From the NCBI GenBank assembly GCA_002706685.1, contig PALV01000017.1, positions 189,105 to 253,104 of the forward strand: 64,000 nt of DNA, given 5' to 3'. The stretch is from Gammaproteobacteria bacterium (GTDB lineage Bacteria; Pseudomonadota; Gammaproteobacteria; Pseudomonadales; Pseudohongiellaceae). The notes under the pieces are model-generated. The model saw only the letters and a program-made list of their open reading frames with translations. It was not told the DNA's origin and did no database searches. The position numbers and the translations under genes are program-made. Below, piece after piece: positions 46,400-55,384 of this stretch; positions within the stretch are counted from its first letter, which is position 1; each line of letters starts with the position of its first letter.

Positions 46400-46445
46400 A
46401 TAAGACCCTCATAGAAGTGTTTGACCCCATCAGAGCTGAAAGTAT

Positions 46446-46515
46446 ATACCCCCTGTAGAGGGTATTTTGTTGACTATCCCTTGCGCCTGGTATAAAAATT
46501 CCCCTGTAGGGGTAT
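46446..46515. promoter_or_regulatory. Two operator-like palindromes flanking a promoter-like sequence between XRE and rep
   Basis: ATACCCCCTGTAGAGGGTAT (46446-46465) and ATTCCCCTGTAGGGGTAT (46498-46515); TTGACT...TGGTATAAA between them (15-bp spacing, extended -10). Confidence 0.6.
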
Positions 46516-46584
46516 TGACAGGTTTTTATCCAGGTGATTTTCGAGCCACATTTCGACATTGAAAAAGAGCATGAGCACTCTGGC

Positions 46585-47595
46585 ATGCTTGATTGGCTTT
46601 CCCTGAAAATTAACCTTATGCATCTCTCCGAGCCTGTTGTACGCCACCTGCAATCACTCTCTGGCATGGTCTTTAAGATAAATGCCCTAACAGGGGAAGA
46701 AGACTGGAGGACTTATTGCTGGACCAAGATACCTTCTGACTCAACGGATATTCATTTTCGGGTAACAGACTCACTTCATATTCAAGGAAGCCCCGCCCGC
46801 ATAGGTATGCCCAACAACGTATTTGGCGCCATTGATATTCGCTATTGCGCGCAGAAGATGATCGGTTTCGCAGCCCAGCAACTCGGTTATCCACTACCTG
46901 TTATCGAGTCCTGGGGGTGCACCAGGATCGACGTCACTCGCAACTATCTGATGCAATCAGAGTCCGAAGCTCGACAGGCACTGGCTTACTTGAAACAGGC
47001 TCCAGAGAGCCGCCAAGCTCATAGCTACGAGCAAAATGGTTTCTACATAGGCAAAGGTTCGTCGTTACAGAAGGGAAAAATATATCTAAAGGGTAGGGAA
47101 GCCGTAGCCAATCAACGTAAAAAGAGGAGGGCGCACTACACTGAAGAACAACTGAGCAAATGCCAGAGATTACTAAGAGCTGAACATACAATTGGCCGTC
47201 ATTTGCTACGCCGTTTGCGTGAACAGCAAGCCATAGAATGGTACCAACTTAGTCCGAATTATCTAATTCAAATGCATAATTTATATTTTAAAGAATATTT
47301 CTCCGATATGGAGCTGACTGATATGTCAACAATACTTGAGAAGCTAACTACTGTATCGCCTACTGAAGGCCAGGCCCGTGCAGCCTATGACTGTTACGTA
47401 CGTATTCGAATGGTTGGTTATGAACAAGCCAGGGTTACTTTCACAAAACCCTCGTGGTATCGCCACATAAAACACCTTAAGGCTATTGGTCTCACTCGCG
47501 CGGATCTCCAGCCCATTAATGTCATCCCGCTCCGTAAGCGAGCTATTGAGCTGTCGCAGCCCATTCGTCACTGGGACGATATTCGGGCAGCTTAA
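46585..47595 (+). CDS. Phage/plasmid replication initiator, gene II/X (Cri-like) family
   Basis: MLDWLSLKI start, IQGSPAR, NNVFG, TRIDVTRNY, KIYLKG, LLRAEHTIG, YRHIKHLKAIG pattern typical of gpII/X-type Reps; ORF-track GTG start is 46534. Confidence 0.85.
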   Translation: MLDWLSLKINLMHLSEPVVRHLQSLSGMVFKINALTGEEDWRTYCWTKIPSDSTDIHFRVTDSLHIQGSPARIGMPNNVFGAIDIRYCAQKMIGFAAQQLGYPLPVIESWGCTRIDVTRNYLMQSESEARQALAYLKQAPESRQAHSYEQNGFYIGKGSSLQKGKIYLKGREAVANQRKKRRAHYTEEQLSKCQRLLRAEHTIGRHLLRRLREQQAIEWYQLSPNYLIQMHNLYFKEYFSDMELTDMSTILEKLTTVSPTEGQARAAYDCYVRIRMVGYEQARVTFTKPSWYRHIKHLKAIGLTRADLQPINVIPLRKRAIELSQPIRHWDDIRAA

Positions 47596-47657
47596 TCGGT
47601 GCCAATTAAACGTTACCGTAACAAAAAATTAAACATGGTCTTTAGGAGATTCCCGCG

Positions 47658-47999
47658 ATGGTCACAACCACCAACAATCCTGAACTTGTTAATCTAATTG
47701 GTATGCAGTTTCACGTCCGCGACATCGATGACTTTGAAGAATATCCAAAGAGCGTCAGACACATTCTCGCTACCAACGCACTGAACGCAGATGTGTTTAT
47801 CCATTCAATTGTGTTCAACGCCGACACTCCGCCTGATATCGGTCTTGTTAACGATATTGATTCACCCGATGACATGGAATATTACAAGCCTTGGCAGTTG
47901 GTGTTTTCACCCCCATCCGGGTCATCTCAGCCACTACCAGGTGGTTTATTCAACAAAGACGGTACATTGATTGCGCTTATCCATCATAAGCAGATTTAG
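47658..47999 (+). CDS. 113-aa acidic hypothetical protein
   Basis: AGGAG SD upstream; directly downstream of rep; no family recognised. Confidence 0.7.
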   Translation: MVTTTNNPELVNLIGMQFHVRDIDDFEEYPKSVRHILATNALNADVFIHSIVFNADTPPDIGLVNDIDSPDDMEYYKPWQLVFSPPSGSSQPLPGGLFNKDGTLIALIHHKQI

Positions 48000-48098
48000 G
48001 CCGCTTAGATGGCCTCGCTTCAGTTCGAGCACTCGCCGACAACTGTCCATTGGTTTGTCCAGGTAGATGGACTTTAGGCCAGCTGCCTGGACACACCA

Positions 48099-48386
48099 AT
48101 GACCTTACGCGCGGCTAACAAAGATTCGGAAATTACTGATCACACGTGGGATGGTCTGATCAGGATCGCACTGAAATACCAAGGAAGGATGGGCCGGTAT
48201 CACAATATCCGCTATGATCGAAAGCACCTGTACATTGTGCTGAACGTTCGCCAGTTAGCGTCGATCCTCGTGGATAAAAAGATAATCAGCTCTTGGCCTG
48301 CTGGGTTCACGCGGTTAACCACGATAGAAGAGGCTGTCATCAGAGAATTTAAGAAGCTTCACGGGAAAACCCACCTAGATACCTAG
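48099..48386 (+). CDS. 95-aa basic hypothetical protein
   Basis: ORF ends 9 bp before attR; weak SD; no family recognised. Confidence 0.55.
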   Translation: MTLRAANKDSEITDHTWDGLIRIALKYQGRMGRYHNIRYDRKHLYIVLNVRQLASILVDKKIISSWPAGFTRLTTIEEAVIREFKKLHGKTHLDT

Positions 48387-48394
48387 GGTTATCT

Positions 48395-48427
48395 TATTTC
48401 CGGTAATCTTTATTACCGGAAATAGTG
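48395..48427 (+). repeat. attR: 22-bp direct repeat inside a palindrome
   Basis: TATTTCCGGTAA-TCTTTA-TTACCGGAAATA(GTG); right arm is the exact reverse complement of 44952-44966. Confidence 0.92.
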
Positions 48428-48540
48428 TTACGAGGTACGGGAAGCGGTCAAGATCCGAAATCTGGCACTTTAGGTAATTTAAACGTAATATCCCGGGTCA
48501 TAAAACATATGACTCGAAAATGGCATAGCTGGGCATCAAA

Positions 48541-48945
48541 TTGATAAGCCGATCGCTGATACGAACAACAAGCCTGATCGTCATGCTGCTCCTGCCATTG
48601 CAGGCGCTGGCTAGTGGTCTGTTGGCCTGTGAACAGCATCAAAAGTCCGCAATGTCACAACTGCATCAAGTCAGTGAGCAAAATTCTCATACGATGACTG
48701 CCGCGACACCCGATTGTCATGGACAATTAGCGCCAAGAGCCTCGTCAACAGACGAAACCAGTTCGCCTCCCGCGCCTGAGCTCGAATGTCGCCACTGCAT
48801 CAATACCTGTCAAACCAAACTTGGCCTGGATGATTCAAATAGTGACCGTCTGGCCGCGTACACGTCTGATGACTCGCTAAATAGCGGCGTGTCAGTCACG
48901 CTTCCCGGTTTTAATAATCTCCCTCAACGTCCCCCGTGCGTTTAA
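48541..48945 (+). CDS. Small Cys/His-rich metal-related protein (DUF2946/CopL-like)
   Basis: LLLPLQALA, DCHG, CRHCINTC, C-terminal PQRPP; precedes TolC and copper oxidase. Confidence 0.65.
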   Translation: MISRSLIRTTSLIVMLLLPLQALASGLLACEQHQKSAMSQLHQVSEQNSHTMTAATPDCHGQLAPRASSTDETSSPPAPELECRHCINTCQTKLGLDDSNSDRLAAYTSDDSLNSGVSVTLPGFNNLPQRPPCV

Positions 48946-49072
48946 TCCTTTCGCCGTTCTTCTAGCACGTCGCCTGCGTTTTGTTATGCGTTTACGCGTG
49001 GCGATATGATTTAGCGATATTGTGACGTTTTGGCTGCTCGCCACGGGCATCAAACGTCGATGGGATTAAATA

Positions 49073-50476
49073 ATGACTTTCGAATCATTGTCACGCAGCT
49101 TGGTGTTGCTGACATTAACGTTGCTTGTTGGGTGCAGCAGCCTGCAACCACCGGCTGAAACAAACCTGATTTCACCGCTGGCTGTCATCGCCGCAAACAT
49201 CGAGTTGGAACACAGACAATCAACATTGCCCGGCCAGCACGTGGAACGGGCCGCCGTCGATGCTGGGACCGGGCTTGTCTGGCCAGATCCCGGACACGCC
49301 CAGCGCTGGGCCATCCGGCATTCGCCCGTGGTCCAGGAAATGGTCGCAAGGCTACATCAGAGTCAGGCGGAAGCCTGGAACGAATCGATGCTGGAGAATC
49401 CTGGTTTCGAATTAGGTTTGCTGGAGCCTGAAGGCGGCTCCGGCAGATGGCAGCTTGAGGCTGGCGTCGAACTGGGACTGGCAGACTGGCTGACGCGCTC
49501 TGCCCGTGTCGATCGTGCGGATGCCACACACCTTGTAAATCAACTGGATGTGCTGGATGAGCTGACAGATTATCTGCATCAGGTCAGGGACGCCTGGCTG
49601 AATGCCGTTGCCGCAAGGCAGCAACGGCAGGTTCATGAAGGTCTTTACCAGACCGCCGCAACCCTGCTGGAGTTTGCGCAGCAGGTGCAGGCTGCCGGAA
49701 ATATGAATGAGCTTGATTTTCTGGTGTATGAGACTGAGCACGCCCGTCAACATCGCGCGTTGCACATGGCAAACCTTTCTGAAGACATCGCAATCAGCGA
49801 ACTACAAGCCCTGCTCGGCCTGCTGCCCGACCAGCAACCGGAACTGCCGGACTCACTGCCCGAAGTGCCTAACCTCGATTCAATGGCGTCGTTGAGTACC
49901 GACCAGGCAATGAATCTGGCGGCACAGCATCAACCCCGGTTGCGCCTGCTGAATGGATCATTGAATCAGCAATTCGCGAGGGAGCGCCTGATCAGGCGGC
50001 AATACGGTCTGCTTGACGGTGCGATTCAGCTCGGCGCAGAGCGCGAATCCAGTGGCGAGCGTAGACTCGCTCTCGGTGCGTCCTTCGAATTGCCCCTGTT
50101 TGACCGAGGGCAGGCTCACCTGGCAGAAGTTGAAGCAGCCAGGTCTGCCTTGCTCGCCCAGATTGAGCAGACTCGAAATACGACCCGCCACAGCATCACG
50201 CAGGCTCTGATGTCCCAGCAGGCGGCGATTGAGCTTGCCCAACAGGTGAGTCGCGAAGACCTGCCCCGGCATCAGCGCATGTTGGAACTGGCCCTGCAGG
50301 AATATAACTTCATGTTGCGCGATACATTTTCTCTGCTGATCTTACGAGAGCAGATATTTGATGCACAACTCGAATACATCGAGCACACACTGGCTTACTG
50401 GCATGCACAAAGCCTGCTACTGAGTGTCATGGGCACTGAAGCAGTCGTGGTGACTCAGACAGGAGATACCCTATGA
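49073..50476 (+). CDS. TolC family outer-membrane lipoprotein
   Basis: Lipobox LLVGC, LENPG, ELPLFDRGQA; 4-bp overlap with the oxidase gene. Confidence 0.85.
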   Translation: MTFESLSRSLVLLTLTLLVGCSSLQPPAETNLISPLAVIAANIELEHRQSTLPGQHVERAAVDAGTGLVWPDPGHAQRWAIRHSPVVQEMVARLHQSQAEAWNESMLENPGFELGLLEPEGGSGRWQLEAGVELGLADWLTRSARVDRADATHLVNQLDVLDELTDYLHQVRDAWLNAVAARQQRQVHEGLYQTAATLLEFAQQVQAAGNMNELDFLVYETEHARQHRALHMANLSEDIAISELQALLGLLPDQQPELPDSLPEVPNLDSMASLSTDQAMNLAAQHQPRLRLLNGSLNQQFARERLIRRQYGLLDGAIQLGAERESSGERRLALGASFELPLFDRGQAHLAEVEAARSALLAQIEQTRNTTRHSITQALMSQQAAIELAQQVSREDLPRHQRMLELALQEYNFMLRDTFSLLILREQIFDAQLEYIEHTLAYWHAQSLLLSVMGTEAVVVTQTGDTL

Positions 50477-51762
50477 ACAGACGACAGCTTATTTCGGGCG
50501 CAGCAACTTTGTTGGGCGCTGGACTTGTTTCAAAAGCGGGCGCGCAGTCGTCAGCAGTGCTGGATGATCTGGCACAATCCACGACGCCTGCGGCAGATAC
50601 ACTTCCCTACACGCCTGTTATCACCCCGAACGCTCGTACCCTGCCCTGGCGTATGCGTGATGGCGTCAAAGAGTTTCACTTGATCGCAGAGCCGGTGGAA
50701 CACGAGTTCGCGCCCGGCACACGAATCAAAGCCTGGGGATACAACGGATCGACGCCGGGGCCTACCATTGAGGCGGTCGAAGGTGATCTTGTCCGCATTT
50801 ATGTGACCAATCGGCTGCAGGAGCCTACTACTATCCACTGGCATGGCCTGATCCTGCCATTTGGTATGGACGGTGTAGCCGGACTGACGCAGCGCGCCAT
50901 CGATCCGGGTGAAACCTGGGTTTACGAGTTTGAACTGAAGCAACACGGCACACACATGTATCACCCTCATTCTGATGAAATGGTTCAGATGGCCATGGGC
51001 ATGATGGGTATGTTTATTATTCACCCGCGGGCTGGCAACAATCCGCCTGTTGATCGGGACTACGCCCTGCTGCTGCATAACTGGGCTGTGCACCCTGGCA
51101 CCTACCGTCCGGACCCCAGTGTTATGGTCGACTTCGATTTATGGACCATGAACAGTAAGGTGTTTCCAGCTATTGCTCCGCTCATGGCAAGAACCGGCGA
51201 ACGGGTGCGTGTGAGAATTGGTAATCTGTCCATGTGGAACCATCCCATGCACATGCATGGTGTGCAGTTCGACGTGACCGGCTCTGACGGTGGCCGCTGG
51301 CCCCGCGAGCAATGGCGTAAGGAGGTGACAGAGCTTGTTGGTGTCGGCCAGACGCGAGACCTTGAGTTTGTTGCAGTCGCTGGCGACTGGCCTCTGCATT
51401 GCCATATGGCGCACCACACCATGAATGCCATGGGTCATGACATCACCAATACCATCGGCGTTAACCAGAGAGAGGTGGCGAGGCGTATCAGGCAACTGGT
51501 TCCCGGCTATATGCCGATGGGCGAACACGGGATGTCAGAGCATCAGATGCATATCGATATGGGACATATGCAGGGGCCTGAGAATACCCTGCCGATGATG
51601 GGTGGCATGGGTCCATTCGGGTCCATGGAGATGGGTGGCATGTTTACCCTGATCAAGGTTCGCGATGCAGGCGAAGACCTGGATCCGGCCGGCTGGTTCA
51701 GTATCCCGGAGGGGACCCAGGCGTATCGTGTCGAGGGCCCTCCGGACGATCTGCCGACTTAA
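50473..51762 (+). CDS. Tat-exported multicopper oxidase
   Basis: NRRQL twin-Arg, IHWHG, MYHPH, HPMHMHG, HCHMAHH copper motifs; Met/His-rich tail. Confidence 0.92.
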   Translation: MNRRQLISGAATLLGAGLVSKAGAQSSAVLDDLAQSTTPAADTLPYTPVITPNARTLPWRMRDGVKEFHLIAEPVEHEFAPGTRIKAWGYNGSTPGPTIEAVEGDLVRIYVTNRLQEPTTIHWHGLILPFGMDGVAGLTQRAIDPGETWVYEFELKQHGTHMYHPHSDEMVQMAMGMMGMFIIHPRAGNNPPVDRDYALLLHNWAVHPGTYRPDPSVMVDFDLWTMNSKVFPAIAPLMARTGERVRVRIGNLSMWNHPMHMHGVQFDVTGSDGGRWPREQWRKEVTELVGVGQTRDLEFVAVAGDWPLHCHMAHHTMNAMGHDITNTIGVNQREVARRIRQLVPGYMPMGEHGMSEHQMHIDMGHMQGPENTLPMMGGMGPFGSMEMGGMFTLIKVRDAGEDLDPAGWFSIPEGTQAYRVEGPPDDLPT

Positions 51763-52742
51763 ACCGGATCGAAACAGACCCAGTTGCGGCCCATCTGTTT
51801 GGCTTTGTATAAAGCCTGATCAGCCCGGGCCACAACGGCCTCTGTTGATTCGCCAGCCTGCAGTTCGGCAAGGCCAATGGAGACAGTTAACTCATTGGCC
51901 TTCTCGACGCGGCGTCGAATGTCTTCTGCCAGATAGGCCGCCTGGTCCAGAGTCGTGTTGTCGGCAATGATGACAAACTCTTCGCCGCCATATCGGAATA
52001 AAGAATCCGTGGCGCGCAATCGGGCGCGCAGCAGATCGGCAAGGCGCTTCAGTACTTTGTCACCTGCACTGTGGCCTTCTGTGTCATTGATCTTTTTGAA
52101 GTGGTCCAGATCAAGCATCAACACGGTCACTGGGGTGTTGTGGCGCAAATGCTGGTTTTTAACGCGGATCAATGCGTTCTCAAGCGCCGTTCGATTGCCA
52201 GCGCGGGTCAACGGGTCCTTGGTGAGCAACTCTTCAAGTTCACGATTTTTAGTTTCGAGCTGTCTGGCATAGGCATACAGGAATACATTGATCATGGCGT
52301 TGGCCATAGCGAATCTGAACATGATATCACTTGATTCGAAGGCCAGTGGAAGAACGGCGATACAGGCTATGACATTGATGGCCAGCGCTCTGTTGCGGCT
52401 GACAATATAGTAGTTGGCAACAGCACTGGCGATAACCCAGTAGCTGCCAAGAACGCCCATCTGGATGTTGATAATGACGGTCACGCCCATCTGAACAGAA
52501 GCCAGAAAAAGCGCAATCCAATGATTGAAACCATGTCGGATAAGCAAAACCAGAGACACTATCTGCAGCGCGATGACCGGAAGCAGCAGGTAGGTAATCA
52601 GCGGATTGCCCCAAATGAAGTGCCAGGCGGCAAAAGGCATGGCTACGGTGACACCGCAAAGCGCTACGGCTATTAAAACCTGGCGGTAAAATACGACATC
52701 GCGATAATAAATCTGGTGATCAGTATGTTGGGGTTTCTGCAT
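51759..52742 (-). CDS. Membrane-bound diguanylate cyclase
   Basis: Several TM helices, DPLTRAGNR, DLDHFKKIND, RYGGEEF; TAATG coupling to gor. Confidence 0.93.
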   Translation of the reverse strand: MQKPQHTDHQIYYRDVVFYRQVLIAVALCGVTVAMPFAAWHFIWGNPLITYLLLPVIALQIVSLVLLIRHGFNHWIALFLASVQMGVTVIINIQMGVLGSYWVIASAVANYYIVSRNRALAINVIACIAVLPLAFESSDIMFRFAMANAMINVFLYAYARQLETKNRELEELLTKDPLTRAGNRTALENALIRVKNQHLRHNTPVTVLMLDLDHFKKINDTEGHSAGDKVLKRLADLLRARLRATDSLFRYGGEEFVIIADNTTLDQAAYLAEDIRRRVEKANELTVSIGLAELQAGESTEAVVARADQALYKAKQMGRNWVCFDPV

Positions 52743-54142
52743 TATTGAGTATCAGCCACTGGCTCCCGCATGGTAACGAATTCCTCTGCAGCAGTGGGAT
52801 GAATACCGACAGTGGCATCGAAATCAGCCTTGGTGGCACCGCACTTTATGGCTACCGCCATCCCCTGCACTATTTCTGCCGCGTCGTCTCCGACCATGTG
52901 TAGCCCGAGGACGCGATCACTTTTTCTGTCTACGACGAGCTTCATCATACTGTATTTTTCTTTGCGGCTCAGCGTGTATTTTAGTGGTCTGAATTGACTG
53001 CGATAGATGTCGATTTCTGGGTAGTCTGCGCGTGCCTGCGCTTCGGTTAAACCGACCGTTGCGATTTGCGGGTCACTGAAAACTGCCGACGGAATGTTGT
53101 CCCAGGCATAGTCAGTGGCTGAACTGCCGAAAAGGCGGCGTGCCAGAACCTGGCCCTGACCCAGGGCAACAGGTGTCAGGTTGACACGATTGATGACATC
53201 GCCAACGGCATATACGCCTTTGGCGCTGCTCTCAAAAACGCTATCGACGATGATGGAGCCATTCTTTTCGGTAGACACCCCTACTCGCTCCAGGCCCAGT
53301 CCAGAGGTTGCAGGTCGCCGCCCGGTGGCAAACAGCACTTTCTCAACCTCAATTTCACTGCCATCAGTAAGGCTCACTCGACAGGGGCCATCACTGGTTT
53401 TGCTTATCTGGCTGACTTCTGAGTTCAAATGAAGATCGAAATCATGCTTTGCACAATTGGTGTAAAAGCTGCGTATATCCTGGTCAAAGCCACTCAGCAA
53501 TTGTTCGCCGCGGTGGATCAGGTGAACATGGCTGCCCAGCCCCTTGAAAATCCCCGCCAGCTCGGTGGCAATAAATCCACCGCCGACAATCGCCACGCTG
53601 CGTGGTTGTTCAGTGAGTTCAAAAAAATCATCGGAGTTGATAGCGTGTTCAATGCCTGGAATGTCTGGCATCCAGGGTTGACCACCGGTCGCAATCAGAA
53701 TGTGCTCTGCGCTTACGGTCTGCTCGCCTACACGAATGGTGTTTGCTGCTTCGAAAGTGGCAAAGCCACGCAATAGTGTGACACCTGCTGTTTTCAGTAG
53801 ATTCTCGTATATGCCATTTAGTCGTTTGATTTCATTATCTTTATTCGACTTTAATGATGACCAGTCAAAACCTGGCTTTTTAAACTCCTGCCAGCCAAAG
53901 GCAGCACTTTCCTGGAAGTCAGCGGCAAAATGTGCAGCGTAGGCATAAAGTTTTTTGGGTATGCAGCCAACATTGACGCAGGTGCCTCCCATAAATCGCG
54001 CTTCGGCAATTGCCGTCCGGGCGCCAAGCCCTGCAGCAATTCTGGCGGCTCTTACGCCACCGGAACCGGCGCCAATCACAAAAAAGTCGTAGTCGAATCC
54101 AGACATAACGTTATAGTCTATTCCGCGGTAAACAGACGGCAT
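52742..54142 (-). CDS. gor: Glutathione reductase
   Basis: GAGSGGVRAAR, GGTCVNVGCIPKK, NLTPVA, TVGIHPTAAEE. Confidence 0.95.
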   Translation of the reverse strand: MPSVYRGIDYNVMSGFDYDFFVIGAGSGGVRAARIAAGLGARTAIAEARFMGGTCVNVGCIPKKLYAYAAHFAADFQESAAFGWQEFKKPGFDWSSLKSNKDNEIKRLNGIYENLLKTAGVTLLRGFATFEAANTIRVGEQTVSAEHILIATGGQPWMPDIPGIEHAINSDDFFELTEQPRSVAIVGGGFIATELAGIFKGLGSHVHLIHRGEQLLSGFDQDIRSFYTNCAKHDFDLHLNSEVSQISKTSDGPCRVSLTDGSEIEVEKVLFATGRRPATSGLGLERVGVSTEKNGSIIVDSVFESSAKGVYAVGDVINRVNLTPVALGQGQVLARRLFGSSATDYAWDNIPSAVFSDPQIATVGLTEAQARADYPEIDIYRSQFRPLKYTLSRKEKYSMMKLVVDRKSDRVLGLHMVGDDAAEIVQGMAVAIKCGATKADFDATVGIHPTAAEEFVTMREPVADTQ

Positions 54143-54208
54143 TGTACATGCTCTGAAGTTTTTTTTTCATAGTATTCAGATACAAAACTTATCATCTGGT
54201 AGGAATTT

Positions 54209-55384
54209 TTGAACTTCGAAGTTGATATTTGCATAGTAGGCGCTGGCGTCTGCGGGCTGGCGATCGCCCGGCAGCTTAACCAGTCACTGCCCAGTTCAAG
54301 CATTGCCCTGATTGAGCAGGCTGACAGCGTTGGACAGGGCACCAGTAGTCGAAACAGTGAAGTGATCCACGCGGGACTCTACTATGCGCCTGACAGCCTG
54401 AAAGCGCGCCTATGTGTCGCTGGTCGGCATCTGCTTTACGAATACTGTCGACAGTATCAGGTCCCTGTTCGTCAGATCGGCAAACTGATTGTGGCTCAGA
54501 CAGGCGAAGAAGATACTCTGTCTCGGATCGCGGATAATGCGCGCGCCAGCGGGGTTGAGAATCTGCAGAGCTTGAATGCTTCCCAGATCGCCAGTCTCGC
54601 GCCTGCAGTAAGGGCTGATACTGGCTTATGGTCGCCCAGTACAGGCATCATCGATAGCCATGAGTACATGCAGTCCTTGCTGGAACAGGCGCGTGGCAAT
54701 GGAGTCATGTTGGCTCTGGCGACACGGCTGAGCGATGTGAGGCCCGAGGACAATGGCAAAAAGCTGGAGCTTGAATTGACCAGCAACTGGCATCGCAAGA
54801 GTGCGGAAACTTCAAGGGTCTCTTGTCGATTACTGATTAACTGCGCTGGCCTGGGTGCCCTTGCTATAGCAGAGCGCCTGCACCAGGCAGGTGTCGCAAG
54901 GAGTCAGGCACTTCCGTGTATCAAATGGGTAAAAGGCAATTATTTTGCCTATCAGGGGCGCTCCCCGTTCAGTCATCTGATCTATCCGGTGCCCGACCCG
55001 ACGGGCAATGGTCTGGGGATCCACGCCACACTGGACATGGCTGGAAATTGCCGGTTCGGGCCAGATGTAGAGCAATTGGCGCACGACATTAACAATGAAG
55101 AGGTGCTGGATTTGAGTGTCAATGCGTCGCGGCGCGACATGTTTGCGAAACAGATCCGGCGCTACTTCCCTGCCCTGGATGAATCACGTCTGGTGCCCGA
55201 TTATGCAGGCATTCGCACACGCATCACAGGTGATGGCTTTCAAGATTTCCAGATTGCGGAGCAACAGCTGGAAAGCTGTGCGGCGATCCATTTGCTGGGA
55301 ATTGAATCGCCCGGGCTTACGGCCAGCCTCGCGCTCGCGAAACACATAGCAGAGCGCGTCTGGCAACTCGAGTTATTCAACTGA
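54209..55384 (+). CDS. FAD-dependent oxidoreductase (L-2-hydroxyglutarate oxidase-like)
   Basis: IVGAGVCG, TSSRNSEVIHAGLYY, HLIYPVP, LGIHATLD, GIESPGLTASLA; TTG start with AGGA SD. Confidence 0.85.
   Translation: MNFEVDICIVGAGVCGLAIARQLNQSLPSSSIALIEQADSVGQGTSSRNSEVIHAGLYYAPDSLKARLCVAGRHLLYEYCRQYQVPVRQIGKLIVAQTGEEDTLSRIADNARASGVENLQSLNASQIASLAPAVRADTGLWSPSTGIIDSHEYMQSLLEQARGNGVMLALATRLSDVRPEDNGKKLELELTSNWHRKSAETSRVSCRLLINCAGLGALAIAERLHQAGVARSQALPCIKWVKGNYFAYQGRSPFSHLIYPVPDPTGNGLGIHATLDMAGNCRFGPDVEQLAHDINNEEVLDLSVNASRRDMFAKQIRRYFPALDESRLVPDYAGIRTRITGDGFQDFQIAEQQLESCAAIHLLGIESPGLTASLALAKHIAERVWQLELFN

Larger units (their letters stand above)
44955..48416. mobile_element. Integrated 3440-bp rolling-circle satellite / cryptic plasmid-like element (TLC/IMEX-like) with no integrase or virion genes
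   Basis: Bounded by exact 22-bp direct repeats 3440 bp apart; gpII/X-type Rep, divergent XRE, orphan ORFs, dense hairpins, visibly AT-richer than flanks. Confidence 0.85.

Noticed and set aside
44955-48416. Complete filamentous prophage
   Set aside because: No Zot/pI ATPase, no small TM coat ORFs, and too short.
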